A stretch of 64,000 nucleotides of DNA from the NCBI GenBank assembly GCA_963825525.1, contig CAWGTN010000004.1:1-64000 (forward strand), written 5' to 3'. Positions 21,393-31,382 of this stretch are shown here, one piece after another; the stretch's first letter is position 1; the number at the start of each line of letters is the position of its first letter. Both the position numbers and the translations under genes were made by a program. This stretch comes from an uncultured Chloroflexia bacterium. GTDB taxonomy: Bacteria; Chloroflexota; Limnocylindria; QHBO01. The notes under the pieces are model-generated. The model had not been told where the DNA came from. It did no database searches and saw only the letters and a program-made list of their open reading frames with translations.

Positions 21393-23427
21393 GTGAGCAC
21401 CATCCGCTACTCCCGATGGGATGGCAGCCAGCAGCTGCCAGCATTCGACGCGGACGATGTGCTCGATGCGCTCTCCGACGACATCCTGGCCGAGGGCGAT
21501 ATGCGCCGCGCACTCCAGCGGCTCATGCAGCGTGGCCTGCGTGGCACCCGGGGCGGCGACGTGCCGGGACTGCGACGAATCATGGAGCAGCTGCGTGCCC
21601 GACGCCAGGCCGAGCTCGAGCGAGCCAACCTGGACGGCGTGCTGGACGACGTGAACCGTCGCCTCGAGGAGATCCTCGAGACCGAGCGTGAGGGAATCGG
21701 GGAGCGGGTGCGCGACGCGGAGCGCCGTGCACTCGACGCGGCCCCCGGCGAGGCGCAGGAGCAGGCCCGCCTGGCGGAGCAGGTCATGCGTCGAACTGCA
21801 CGCCAGCGTGAGAACCGGCTCGACGCGCTGCCACCGAACCTGGCGGGGCGTCTCAACGGACTGCGCGACTACGAGTTCATGGACGACACGGCACGAGCCG
21901 CCTTCGCCGACCTGACTGACGAGCTGCGGCAGCAGGTGCTCGGGACGTACTTCCAGGGCCTGAAGGAGGGCGTCCAGAGCGTCACCCCCGAGGACCTGGC
22001 CGGGATCCGGGACATGGTGCGGGATCTGAACCAGCTCCTCGAGAAGCACGCCACCGGCGCCGATGTCAACGACGATTTCGCGTCGTTCATGGCACAGCAC
22101 GGTCGCTACTTCCCGCCGGGCATCGGGAGCGTTGACGAGCTGATCGAGCACCTGCATCGCCAGGCGTCGCAGATGGCGTCGCTGCTCAACGGGCTCTCGC
22201 CCGAGATGCGCGATGAGCTTCGCTCGATGATGGACGAGCTCCTGCGCGACGATCGCCTCCAGATCGACATGGCGCGCCTGGCCGGGAACCTTCAGGCAGC
22301 CCGGCCGGACCTCCCGTTCGGCGAGCCGTACCCGTTCGACGGCGATGCGCCGATGGGGCTGGCCGATGCGCTGGCGGCGATCGACCGGCAGCAGCAGTAC
22401 GACGCCATGGAGGAGGCTCTTGGCGCGGCCCGCGATCCCGATGGGCTGGCGAAGGTCGACACCGACGCCCTGCGCGACCTGGCCGGGGACGATGCCATCG
22501 AGGACCTCGACCAGCTGCGCGAGCTGACGCGCGCGCTCGAGGAGGCGGGCTACCTGGATCGCGAGGGCGGCCGGCTCGAGCTCACGCCGCGCGCAGCCCG
22601 CAAGCTTGGAATGCGCGCCCTGACCGACATCTTCAGCCGATTGCGCCGCGAGGGATTCGGTGGCCATCCACTCCCACGCGCAGGTCGAGGGGGCGAGCCG
22701 ACCGACGAGACGAAGCCGTACGAGTTCGGTGACGCATTCGCGGTCGACATCAACCGCACGCTGTTCAACGCCATGGCCCGGCAGGGGGCCGGGACTCCGG
22801 TGAGCATCGATCCCCGCGACTTCGAGGTCTCGACGGACCGAGGAGACCACCGTGAGCAGCACGGTCCTGTTGCTCGACATGAGCCGGTCGATGCTGCTGC
22901 GCGGTTGCTCATCGGCGGCCAAGAAGGTGGCGATGGCGCTCCACACCCTCATCCACACCAAGTACCCACGGGACCGGCTGTTCGTGGTCGGCTTCGCGTA
23001 CTACGCCCGGCAGCTGAAGCCGGAGTCGATTCCGACCCTGTCGCCGTACGAGTTCGAGTACGGCACGAACCTCCAGCACGCCCTCATCATTGCGCGGCAG
23101 CTGCTCGGCAGGTCGACTGGCGGGAATAAGGAGATCGTGGTCATCACCGATGGCGAGCCGACCGCGCACATCGAGCATGGCCAGGTCGAGTTCGCCTACC
23201 CGCCGACCCTGCGGACCGTGCAATCGACGCTCCGCGAGGTTGGCCGATGCACCCGCGAGGGGATCGTCATCAACACCTTCATGCTCGAGCGGTCGCGCTA
23301 TCTCTCTGAATTCGTGGACCTCATGGCGCGGATCAACCGCGGTCGTGCCTTCTATGTCGAGCCGGAGCATCTCGGGGAGTACGTCTTGGTCGATTACGTC
23401 TCCAAGAAGTCCCGTCGCGTCGCCTGA
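21393..23427 (+). CDS. VWA domain protein with long helical N-terminus, Rv0959-like (frameshift near 22835)
   Basis: RYSRWDGSQ start, LTPRAARKLG, ETKPYEFGD; shifted frame has MIDAS DMSRSM, TNLQHAL, ITDGEPTAH. Confidence 0.85.
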
Positions 23428-23462
23428 TCGACGTCCGCCTCCGCGCCGCGCTCAACGCCTTC

Positions 23463-23678
23463 TCAACGTTCATTCCCGCGTTTGAAATTGCCCGTCAGTC
23501 GGGCCATGAGCTGTTGCGCCGCGGCATCGTCCGATGTTGCGAGGCGCACCTCGAACTGCGCGGCCCGTCGACCGCGGAGAAGGGTCACCGGGGCGCCGCG
23601 ATACAAGATCACGACGGTGGCATCGGCGCGGCGGTGAAAGCTGAACGGCTGATCCGCGAGCGGATCCGGCTTCGGCAT
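23463..23678 (-). CDS. Small conserved-looking hypothetical protein
   Basis: 71 aa ending QQLMARLTGNFKRGNER; TAAGGT -10-like box upstream. Confidence 0.75.
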   Translation of the reverse strand: MPKPDPLADQPFSFHRRADATVVILYRGAPVTLLRGRRAAQFEVRLATSDDAAAQQLMARLTGNFKRGNER

Positions 23679-23732
23679 GTCTGCGCGAACCTTAACGTTC
23701 TCTTGGCCAGTCCCCGGGGCAGCGCCGCACGA

Positions 23733-23759
23733 CGAGTGTGCAAGAGACTTGCACACTCG
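23733..23759. repeat. Perfect 12-bp palindrome (REP-like element or operator)
   Basis: CGAGTGTGCAAG-AGA-CTTGCACACTCG between divergent genes. Confidence 0.75.
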
Positions 23760-23835
23760 CAGTCTGCCCTTGACCGGTGAGCGCGCGCTTACCAGCGCCT
23801 TATCACCCAGCCGCCCACCCTGCCAGAATGGGCTG

Positions 23836-24735
23836 ATGAAGATCGGGGTCCAGCTTCCGGAGGTCGAGCGGGTCGCCCCGTGGACTGAGCTGCGGGAGAT
23901 GGCGGAAACGGCGGAGGCCATCGGGCTCGATTCGATCTGGGTCGGCGACCACCTCCTGTACCGGGGCGAGGGGAAGCCGGCCCGAGGCCCGTGGGAGGCC
24001 TGGTCAACGCTGGCGGCGCTTGCGGCGGTGACCGAACGGGTCGAGATCGGGCCATTGGTTGCGGCAACCAGCTTTCACAATCCCGCGATGCTCGCCAAGA
24101 AGGCCGCCACCATCGATGAGATCAGCGGCGGCAGGCTCGTCCTTGGCCTTGGCGCGGGCTGGAACGAGGTCGAGTACCGAGCCTTCGGGTTCCCGTTCGA
24201 CCATCGCGTGAGCCGCTTCGAAGAGGCGTTCACGATCATCCGCGAGCTCCTCGCGACGGGTCGCAGCACACTTCACGGAACCTACTACCAGGCTGACGAC
24301 GCCGAGATCCTGCCGCCAGGGCCACGGACCGGCGGTCCGCCGTTGATGATCGGCTCGATCGGGGAGCGGATGCTCCGTGCAACGCTTCCCCACGTCGCAG
24401 CCTGGAACGCCTGGCACGCCTGGTTCGGCAACAGCCTGGAGGGCTACCTCCCGCTCCGCGATCGCATCGACGCCGCATGCCGGGCGGTCGGTCGCGATCC
24501 GGCGACGCTCGAGCGAACCCTGGCCCTCTTCGTTGCCCTGCCCGGAGCCGTGGGTCGCGCGACCTCGATGATCGACGACCCGGTCGAAAGGATTGACGGC
24601 GAGCCGGAATCCCTCGCCACAACCCTCCGCGGCTTTGCCGATGCGGGTGTCGGGCACGTCCAGCTCGTCCTCGACCCGATCACTGTCGAAAGTATCGCCG
24701 CCCTCGAGCCGGCGCTGGAGCGGTTCCGCGGCTGA
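23836..24735 (+). CDS. LLM-class flavin/F420-dependent oxidoreductase
   Basis: AEAIGLDSIWVGDH, NPAMLAKKAATIDEISGGRLVLGLGAGW. Confidence 0.9.
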   Translation: MKIGVQLPEVERVAPWTELREMAETAEAIGLDSIWVGDHLLYRGEGKPARGPWEAWSTLAALAAVTERVEIGPLVAATSFHNPAMLAKKAATIDEISGGRLVLGLGAGWNEVEYRAFGFPFDHRVSRFEEAFTIIRELLATGRSTLHGTYYQADDAEILPPGPRTGGPPLMIGSIGERMLRATLPHVAAWNAWHAWFGNSLEGYLPLRDRIDAACRAVGRDPATLERTLALFVALPGAVGRATSMIDDPVERIDGEPESLATTLRGFADAGVGHVQLVLDPITVESIAALEPALERFRG

Positions 24736-24748
24736 TACCATCGGATCC

Positions 24749-25159
24749 ATGAACGAGGGCGCCGATGCCGAGCCGATGACCATGGCCATCGGCCGGGCCG
24801 GACGGCTCGAGGCGGCCGCCCTCGAAGCGGGAGGAGACCACGCGCTCCTCGTCCGCGAGTCCGGCCCCGAGGGGCGTCATCGGGCCCTGATCACAACCGA
24901 CAAGCTGGCCACCGGCGAAAGGCTGGTCGTCATGCCCCTGGACGAGGAGGTCGACGTGCGCGTCGACGGGGATGCGCTGGCCATCTGGCTCGGGAGCGGG
25001 GTCGTCGGCGAGGTGCCGCCCCAGCATCGGGCGGTCACAGAGGCACGCGTGCCACCATGGGCGAGTCTCGTGGGTGGAACCCTGCTCATCCTGGTGCTCA
25101 TCTTCGCCGTCGTCGGATCGGCCGTCGTCTTCACCTGGCTCACCCGGCTCGTGTCGTGA
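24749..25159 (+). CDS. Hypothetical protein with C-terminal TM anchor
   Basis: TACCAT 7 nt before ATG; hydrophobic C-terminal helix. Confidence 0.65.
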   Translation: MNEGADAEPMTMAIGRAGRLEAAALEAGGDHALLVRESGPEGRHRALITTDKLATGERLVVMPLDEEVDVRVDGDALAIWLGSGVVGEVPPQHRAVTEARVPPWASLVGGTLLILVLIFAVVGSAVVFTWLTRLVS

Positions 25160-25458
25160 CCGGCCCACGCATCGAGGCGCCGGCAACGGGTCTGGCCGCC
25201 ATGCGTATCGGCGTCGAATTCGGTGATGCCGCCGACTTCGCAGATTCGTTCGATGCCGCGTTGGCGCGCAGCGGATCACTGGGAGCCACGCTGGTGGCGG
25301 TGCTGGATCGCGGGGACCTCGGGATCCATCTGCCGCGCGAGGACGGCCCGTGCTGGAATTCCGTGCCGCTGTTTCACATCCACCGCGGCGAGCGTCCCAC
25401 CGACGAGGACTGGGCCACGACGACCGCCATTCTCGAGAAGCTCGAGAGGTACCGCTAG
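25156..25458 (+). CDS. Small hypothetical protein
   Basis: GTGA overlap with upstream stop (alternative ATG 25201); FADSF...IHLPREDGPCWNSVPLFH...ILEKLERYR. Confidence 0.7.
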   Translation: MTGPRIEAPATGLAAMRIGVEFGDAADFADSFDAALARSGSLGATLVAVLDRGDLGIHLPREDGPCWNSVPLFHIHRGERPTDEDWATTTAILEKLERYR

Positions 25459-25461
25459 GCC

Positions 25462-26307
25462 GTGCGCATCTACATCTCCGTGGACATGGAGGGCCTCGCC
25501 GGCGTGGCGCACCCTCACCAGGTTGCCTTCGGCCCGGGCAACGATCGCACCGATTACGACCGCACCCGCGGGCTCATGGCCGGCGAGACGAACGCGGCCA
25601 TCGACGGTGCACTCGACGCAGGGGCAGCCGATGTGGTGGTCAACGACAGCCACTGGCAGATGCGCAACCTCCGGGCAGAGGACCTGCGAGACGGAGCGCG
25701 GCTGATCATCGGTGACAAGCCGTACTCCATGACCCAGGGCATCGGTGGTCCGGGCGACGGGGCGTTCGACGCGGCGGCCTTCATCGGCTACCACGCCGGT
25801 GCCGGACACCCGAGCGGGGTCATCGCCCATACCTATTCTTCGGCGACGGTGCTCGACATCAGGGCCAACGGCGTGCCGCACAACGAGACCGGCCTCAACG
25901 CCATTCGGCTTGGTCAGCATGGCGTGCCGGTGGCGCTGGTGGCGGGGGACGATGCCCTTGCCGGCGAGGTGGAGACCCTGCTGCCGTGGGCTGAGCGGGT
26001 CATCGTCAAGCGTGGCCTCGGCACGAACGTCACCGAGTCCATGTCACCTGCCGACGCGCAGCGCGAGATCCGGGCCGGGATGGGCCGAGCCCTGGCGCGA
26101 ATGGGGGAGATGCGCACGTACGAACTCACGCTCCCCATTGCCGGGGAGATCGACTTCCGGCTGCCGATCATGGCCGACTACGCCTGTGTCCTGCCCGGCA
26201 CGCAGCGCTCCGGGCCGCGGACGGTCGCATTTCAGTCGGTCGATGGCGAGTCGTTCTACCGCACCTGCCTCGTGCTGACGCGCCTCGCCGCGGTCCCGGC
26301 CGGCTAG
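25462..26307 (+). CDS. dppA: D-aminopeptidase, peptidase M55 family
   Basis: ISVDMEG, VNDSH, IGYHA, AHT, NETGLNA, GDD. Confidence 0.92.
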   Translation: MRIYISVDMEGLAGVAHPHQVAFGPGNDRTDYDRTRGLMAGETNAAIDGALDAGAADVVVNDSHWQMRNLRAEDLRDGARLIIGDKPYSMTQGIGGPGDGAFDAAAFIGYHAGAGHPSGVIAHTYSSATVLDIRANGVPHNETGLNAIRLGQHGVPVALVAGDDALAGEVETLLPWAERVIVKRGLGTNVTESMSPADAQREIRAGMGRALARMGEMRTYELTLPIAGEIDFRLPIMADYACVLPGTQRSGPRTVAFQSVDGESFYRTCLVLTRLAAVPAG

Positions 26308-26316
26308 GCAAGCGGG

Positions 26317-26814
26317 ATGCTCGACGAGGAACGACAGCGGCTCCGGACACTGATGGGCCATTTCGCCACGGGCGTGACCGTGGTGGCCGCACGGCACGGA
26401 CCGCTTCTGGCCGGCATGACGGCCAACGGCATCGCCTCGATCAGCATCGACCCGCCGCTCATGATGGCCAGCATCGCCCGCAAGGCCGAGACGCACGGCG
26501 CGATCATCGGCTCTCACGCGTTCGCCATCAGCATCCTTGCCACTGACCAACAGGCAGTCGCCGAGTGCTTCGCTCGACCGACCACAGCCCAGAAGCTCAA
26601 AGACTTCTGCGGCGCGTCGTGGGAGGAGGCCGAGACGGGCTCGCCCGTCCTCGAGGGAGCGCTGGCATTCTTCGACTGCCGTCTGATGGCCCGCCACGAC
26701 GGTGGGGATCACACGATCTTCATCGGCGAGATCGTGGCGGCCGGCTACCGCGAGGATGCCGAGCCGCTGCTGTGGTACGCCTCCGGCTACCGCCGCTTCG
26801 ACGTGACGCGCTGA
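26317..26814 (+). CDS. Flavin reductase (DIM6/NTAB family)
   Basis: FATGVTVV, GMTAN, SIDPP, GDHTIFIGEI, PLLWY. Confidence 0.92.
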   Translation: MLDEERQRLRTLMGHFATGVTVVAARHGPLLAGMTANGIASISIDPPLMMASIARKAETHGAIIGSHAFAISILATDQQAVAECFARPTTAQKLKDFCGASWEEAETGSPVLEGALAFFDCRLMARHDGGDHTIFIGEIVAAGYREDAEPLLWYASGYRRFDVTR

Positions 26815-26830
26815 CGAACCGAGGATCGCC

Positions 26831-28429
26831 TCAGCCGGCGCCGGCGCGGTGCCGATCGCCGAGGATCTGGCCGGCGGCAAGGCGACCGGGAGCTCCCATC
26901 ACGCAGCCACCCGGGTGGGTTCCCGAGCCGCACTGGTAGTAGCCGGCGATCGGGGTCCGGTACTGGGACCAGCCCGGCGCCGGACGGAAGAAGAACATCT
27001 GCGGCGCCAGGAACTCTCCGGCGAAGATGTTCCCCTCTGACAGGCCGACCGTGCGCTCGATGTCGAGCGGCGTGACCACCTCGCGCTGGAGAACGAGATC
27101 ACCGAACCCCGGGAAGTGGCCCTCGAGCGTCGCCTGCACCCGGTCCGCCATCGGCTCGCGCTCGGTATCCCAGTCGCTCTCGCGCAGCTCGTACGGGGTG
27201 TACTGCACGAAGCACGACAGCACGTGCTTGCCCGGCGGCGCCATGTCCGGGTCGATCGTCGACTGAATGGCGCAGTCGATGTAGGGATGCTCGCTGTACC
27301 ACCCGTATTTGGCGTCGTCGAACGCGCGCTCCAGGTAGTCCATCGACGGGCCGATGTTCATGAATCCCCGATACAGGTCCGGCCGGGAGCCGAGGACCGG
27401 GTGCGAGGGCAGCCCATCGAGCGCGAAGTTCACCTTCGAGCTGACGCCCCGGAACTTCAGGCGCCGGATGTCCTCGACCAGGTCGTCGGGCAGCTCGCGC
27501 GGTTCGAGGAGCTCCAGGAAGGTGCGTCGCGGATCGAGCGCGCTGACCACGACATCGGCGGCGATCTCGGTGCCATCGGACAGGGCGACGCCGGTCGCCT
27601 CGCCGTCGCGCGTCAGCACGCGCTCGACCGATGCCCCGAGCCTGATCTCGGCGCCGAACGCCTCGGCCGCGCGGGCCAGCACCTGGGTGAAGCCCCCGTT
27701 GCCGCCCTTGTGGAAGGCCCAGGACCCGAACTCGCCGTCGTGCTCGCCCAGGGAATGGAAGAGCAGCACGAGGCCGCTTCCCTGTGAGCGCGGCCCGACC
27801 TTCGAGCCGATGATCGACGAGGAGGCCAGGTAGCCCTTGAGCAGCGGTGACTCGAAGTAATCGTCGAGGAAATCGGCGGCGCTGCCGGTGAGCAGGCGCA
27901 CCGCGTTGTGCAGCGTCCGCTTGTCGAGCCCGCGCAGCCGTGAGCCGAGCGCGGCCATCGCCACCAGCTCCTCGGGGTCGTCGCTGAACGGGTTCGGCGG
28001 CACAGTATCGAGCAGCGGCTTGATGGCCTGGCAGACGCGGTCGAGATCGTGGCTGTACTGCTCGTAGGCATCGGCGTCATGAGGGGAGAGCCGGGCGATC
28101 TCGCGCAGCGTCTCGTCGTGGTCGCGGTTGAAGAGCAGGTACTCGCCGTTCTCGCCAGGCGCGAAACGAGTCGACATGAGCAGGGGCAGGAAGCCGTGCT
28201 TCGTGAGCTCCAGCTCATGAATGATCTGCGGCCGCAGCAGCGAGAGGGCATAGCTGAACGTCGTGAACTGGAAGCCAGGCTTCAGCTCTTCGGTGATCGC
28301 AGCGCCACCCACCATCGGCCGGCGCTCAAGGATGAGCGTCCGCAGCCCGCCCTTTGCCAGGTAGGCGCCATTGACCAGGCCATTGTGGCCGCCACCCACC
28401 ACGATCGCATCGTATCGGTCCACGCTCAT
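26831..28429 (-). CDS. Phytoene dehydrogenase-like FAD oxidoreductase
   Basis: VGGGHNGL, VGGAAITEE, DPDMAPPGKHV, YQCGSGTHPGGCVMGAPG. Confidence 0.88.
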   Translation of the reverse strand: MSVDRYDAIVVGGGHNGLVNGAYLAKGGLRTLILERRPMVGGAAITEELKPGFQFTTFSYALSLLRPQIIHELELTKHGFLPLLMSTRFAPGENGEYLLFNRDHDETLREIARLSPHDADAYEQYSHDLDRVCQAIKPLLDTVPPNPFSDDPEELVAMAALGSRLRGLDKRTLHNAVRLLTGSAADFLDDYFESPLLKGYLASSSIIGSKVGPRSQGSGLVLLFHSLGEHDGEFGSWAFHKGGNGGFTQVLARAAEAFGAEIRLGASVERVLTRDGEATGVALSDGTEIAADVVVSALDPRRTFLELLEPRELPDDLVEDIRRLKFRGVSSKVNFALDGLPSHPVLGSRPDLYRGFMNIGPSMDYLERAFDDAKYGWYSEHPYIDCAIQSTIDPDMAPPGKHVLSCFVQYTPYELRESDWDTEREPMADRVQATLEGHFPGFGDLVLQREVVTPLDIERTVGLSEGNIFAGEFLAPQMFFFRPAPGWSQYRTPIAGYYQCGSGTHPGGCVMGAPGRLAAGQILGDRHRAGAG

Positions 28430-29637
28430 CGGTCCACCATGCTCATCTTGCGTTCAGGGTTGTAGAGGGGCATCCGGGCGACGTGCGCGGCCACCTGCTC
28501 GTAGTGGTGATCCACCGTGAACTCGAGGAAGACACGGCTGCCGGGCTTGGCGAGGTCGGGTCGCACTCGCGCCATCGCGATGTGCCGTTGGAGCACGGGC
28601 GAGTACATGATGCTGGTCGCATAGCCGACGCGCACGCGATCCGCGTCGTACACCATCCAATCCTCGTGCATCGGCCGATGATCCTTGGGTGGAATCAATC
28701 CGGCGGCGCTGTAGACCCGATCGTAGTCTTCCCAGTCGACCACGAGCCCCACCATCCGCCAGCGCGACGACTTCTCGGCCCGCTCGCGCTCCAGCGCTCG
28801 GCGGCCGACGAACGGACGGTCATCGTCGTCCAGGCCCTTGAACATCCACGCCCAGCCCAGCTCGAGTGGGGTGGACCGATGGGCATCGTTGAAGGCAAAC
28901 CGGCTGGAGTCGAAATCGGCACCGAGCAGCAGCAGTCCGGCCTCGATGCGCAGCATGTAGAGCGCGGCCATCCCGTACGGCAGCACGCCGTGGCCGTCGG
29001 CTGCGTCCCAGACGCCATCCCAGACGGTCATGGCATCGGGGCTATCGACCCAGACCTCGTAGCCCAGGTCGCCGGTGTAGCCGGTGCGCGTCACCGTCAC
29101 CGGCCGTCCGCCGATCGTGCCGGTCGTGATGCCGAAGAACGGCAGGTCGCGCACGGACGGGACGAGGCGGGCCAGCAGGTCACGCGAGCGCGGGCCCTGC
29201 ACCGCCAGCGCGCCGATGTCGAGGCTCACCTCCTCGACCGTCACATCCAGCCGGCCAACGCGGTCGGCGAACCACGCGAAATTTGGCTCTGCCGAGGTCA
29301 GCAGGAACTCGTCGGGCCCGCGATGCTGGACCACTCCGTCCTCGATGACGTAGCCGCGCTCGTCCAGCCATGTCGTGTACTGCGCCGTGCCCGCCGGGCA
29401 GGTGCGGATGTCACGCGCCAGCATGCCGCTCAGAAACCGCTCGCTGTCGCGTCCGGCGATGCGGTATTTGTAGAGCGGCGAGGTGTCGAAGATCCCGGCG
29501 CTGTTGCGGACGGCGAAGTACTCGAACTTGTCCGATGCCTGGTAGCGCGTCGCAACGAGATGGCCTGACCAGTGCTGCCAGAGGCCGGTCTCGTTGAGTG
29601 CGCTGGTCCCTTCGTGGAACGGCGTGGTGCGGATCAT
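28426..29637 (-). CDS. GcvT-like aminomethyltransferase family (folate-binding) protein
   Basis: EYFAVRNSAGIFDTSPL, LAVQGP, RTGYTGDLGYE, LRIEAG; TATGCT 7 nt before ATG. Confidence 0.88.
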   Translation of the reverse strand: MIRTTPFHEGTSALNETGLWQHWSGHLVATRYQASDKFEYFAVRNSAGIFDTSPLYKYRIAGRDSERFLSGMLARDIRTCPAGTAQYTTWLDERGYVIEDGVVQHRGPDEFLLTSAEPNFAWFADRVGRLDVTVEEVSLDIGALAVQGPRSRDLLARLVPSVRDLPFFGITTGTIGGRPVTVTRTGYTGDLGYEVWVDSPDAMTVWDGVWDAADGHGVLPYGMAALYMLRIEAGLLLLGADFDSSRFAFNDAHRSTPLELGWAWMFKGLDDDDRPFVGRRALERERAEKSSRWRMVGLVVDWEDYDRVYSAAGLIPPKDHRPMHEDWMVYDADRVRVGYATSIMYSPVLQRHIAMARVRPDLAKPGSRVFLEFTVDHHYEQVAAHVARMPLYNPERKMSMVDR

Positions 29638-29682
29638 CGGCCAGAGCATACCGGCCCCGTCCCGGGTCAGAGCCCAGTCGAC

Positions 29683-30057
29683 CTACGAGGCTTCGTCCCC
29701 GAGCCGTTCCCGAACCGCGGCCACGAAGTCGTTGAAGTCGAAGGGCTTGCGCACGACGGGAGCCAGTGCCGAGAGGCGATCGGCCTCCTCGTCATCGATG
29801 GCCGTCACGAACAGGACCGGGATGTCGCGGTACTGAGGTCGTTCGCGCAGGGAGTGGAGAATCGTGGACCCGTACTCGTCCGGGAGGCGCTGGTCGAGCA
29901 CGAGCAGGTCGGGGGTGGTGCCGTCCTCGACCAGCGCGTGGTACAGCTCCTCGGCGTTGCCGAAACCGCGCGTTTCGTAGGCCAGCTCCCCGAGCACTGC
30001 CAGGACCGCCGTCCGGATCAGGGGCTCGTCATCGACGACCCAGACCGTCTGTGCCAT
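29683..30057 (-). CDS. Single-domain response regulator (receiver)
   Basis: VVDDE, LVLDQRLPD, FVTA, KPF; AGGAAGGAG SD. Confidence 0.88.
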   Translation of the reverse strand: MAQTVWVVDDEPLIRTAVLAVLGELAYETRGFGNAEELYHALVEDGTTPDLLVLDQRLPDEYGSTILHSLRERPQYRDIPVLFVTAIDDEEADRLSALAPVVRKPFDFNDFVAAVRERLGDEAS

Positions 30058-30071
30058 GTCGCTCTCCTTCC

Positions 30072-31382
30072 TCAGGCGCCGATAGCGTCGAGCGACTCGC
30101 CGATCACTCGGACTGCCATCTCCACCTCGTCATCGGTGGTCACGAGCGGTGGGATGATGCGCACGGCCTGCCCGTACGTGCCGCAGCTCAGGAGCAGCAG
30201 GTTCCTTGCCATCGACTCCGCGAGCAGTGCCTTCGCAAGGTCCGGCCTTGGAGTGAGATCCGCGCCGTCCGCGAACTCGATGGCCAACATCAGGCCGCGG
30301 CCGCGCACCTCGGCCACATGCGGATGACCCGCAGCGAGCCCGCGAATGGCGTCCAGGAGCTGGTCTCCGATGCGCTCCGCCCGTTCGGCCAGCCGCTCGT
30401 CGTCGATGACGTCGAGCGTCGCCAGGGCGGCCGCGCAGGCCACCGCGTTGCCGCCATACGTCCCGCCGTGCGATCCGGGCGGTAGCCGGTCCAGGAGATC
30501 GCGTGATGCCAGGATCCCGGACAACGGCAAGCCGGAGGCAATGCCCTTGGCCATGATCACGATGTCCGGCCGCGCATCGGTCCATTCGGTGGCGAAGAAG
30601 CGGCCCGTTCGACCGTACCCGGTCTGCACCTCGTCGACGGCCAGCAGGATGCCATGACGGTCCGCCACTTCGCGCAGCGCGGCCAGGAAGCCATCCGGCG
30701 GCACCACGTAGCCGCCCTCCCCGAGGACCGGCTCCACGATGAAGCACGCGACGTCGTCGGGGGAGACGGTGGTCGCGAAGAGCTCGTCGATCGCGCGCAT
30801 CGTCGTGGCCAGCGCCAGATCCGCGCCGCCCATGCGGAGCGGATATGGATACGGAGCCACGTGGACGCCGGTGAGCAGTGGGTCGAAGTGCGCTCGGTAC
30901 TTGACGCTCGAGGTCGTGAGTGACATGGCGCCGTGGGTGCGCCCATGGAAGCCGCCCCGGAACACGACGAAGGCAGGGCGGCCCGTCGCGACCTTGGCCA
31001 GCTTCATGGTCGCCTCGACCGCCTCCGCGCCCGAGTTCGACAGGAAGAGACCGTACTCGGTGTCCGGAGCCGGATTCGGGAAGCGGCGGGGGAGCCTGCG
31101 GTGCAGTTCCAGGCCCGGCTGGTGGTAGACGATGTTCTGCTGGAGGTGGATGCCCCGAGCTGCCTGGGCGCTGATGGCGGCCACGACCCGTGGGTGGGCG
31201 TGGCCGGTGTTGGTGACCCCGATGCCGCAGGTGTAGTCCAGGTAGCGCTCGCCGGCGGGCGTCTCGAGCCACGACCCCGAGGCACGCTCCACCACCAGGT
31301 CGGTGTACCGCGCCCAGACCGGCGGAATGCCGGCGCGCATGGCGTCCCAGTCGGTCAGAACGTCGGCGGCGTGTTGATCCAT
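30072..31382 (-). CDS. gabT: Class III PLP aminotransferase, 4-aminobutyrate/diamine type (start may be ATG 31340)
   Basis: NSGAEAVE, FHGRT, EPVLGEGG, DEVQTGYGRTG, AKGIASG, GGTYGGN. Confidence 0.8.
   Translation of the reverse strand: MDQHAADVLTDWDAMRAGIPPVWARYTDLVVERASGSWLETPAGERYLDYTCGIGVTNTGHAHPRVVAAISAQAARGIHLQQNIVYHQPGLELHRRLPRRFPNPAPDTEYGLFLSNSGAEAVEATMKLAKVATGRPAFVVFRGGFHGRTHGAMSLTTSSVKYRAHFDPLLTGVHVAPYPYPLRMGGADLALATTMRAIDELFATTVSPDDVACFIVEPVLGEGGYVVPPDGFLAALREVADRHGILLAVDEVQTGYGRTGRFFATEWTDARPDIVIMAKGIASGLPLSGILASRDLLDRLPPGSHGGTYGGNAVACAAALATLDVIDDERLAERAERIGDQLLDAIRGLAAGHPHVAEVRGRGLMLAIEFADGADLTPRPDLAKALLAESMARNLLLLSCGTYGQAVRIIPPLVTTDDEVEMAVRVIGESLDAIGA

Noticed and set aside
23733-23759. 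Palindrome as CIRCE/HrcA operator, and GAAC-N6-GTTC at 23687-23700 as a LexA box
   Set aside because: Arm order and spacing do not match TTAGCACTC-N9-GAGTGCTAA, and the LexA box needs an N4 spacer.
26831-28429. crtI / carotenoid biosynthesis
   Set aside because: No crtB/crtE nearby; coupling to a GcvT-like gene points to the non-carotenoid subfamily.
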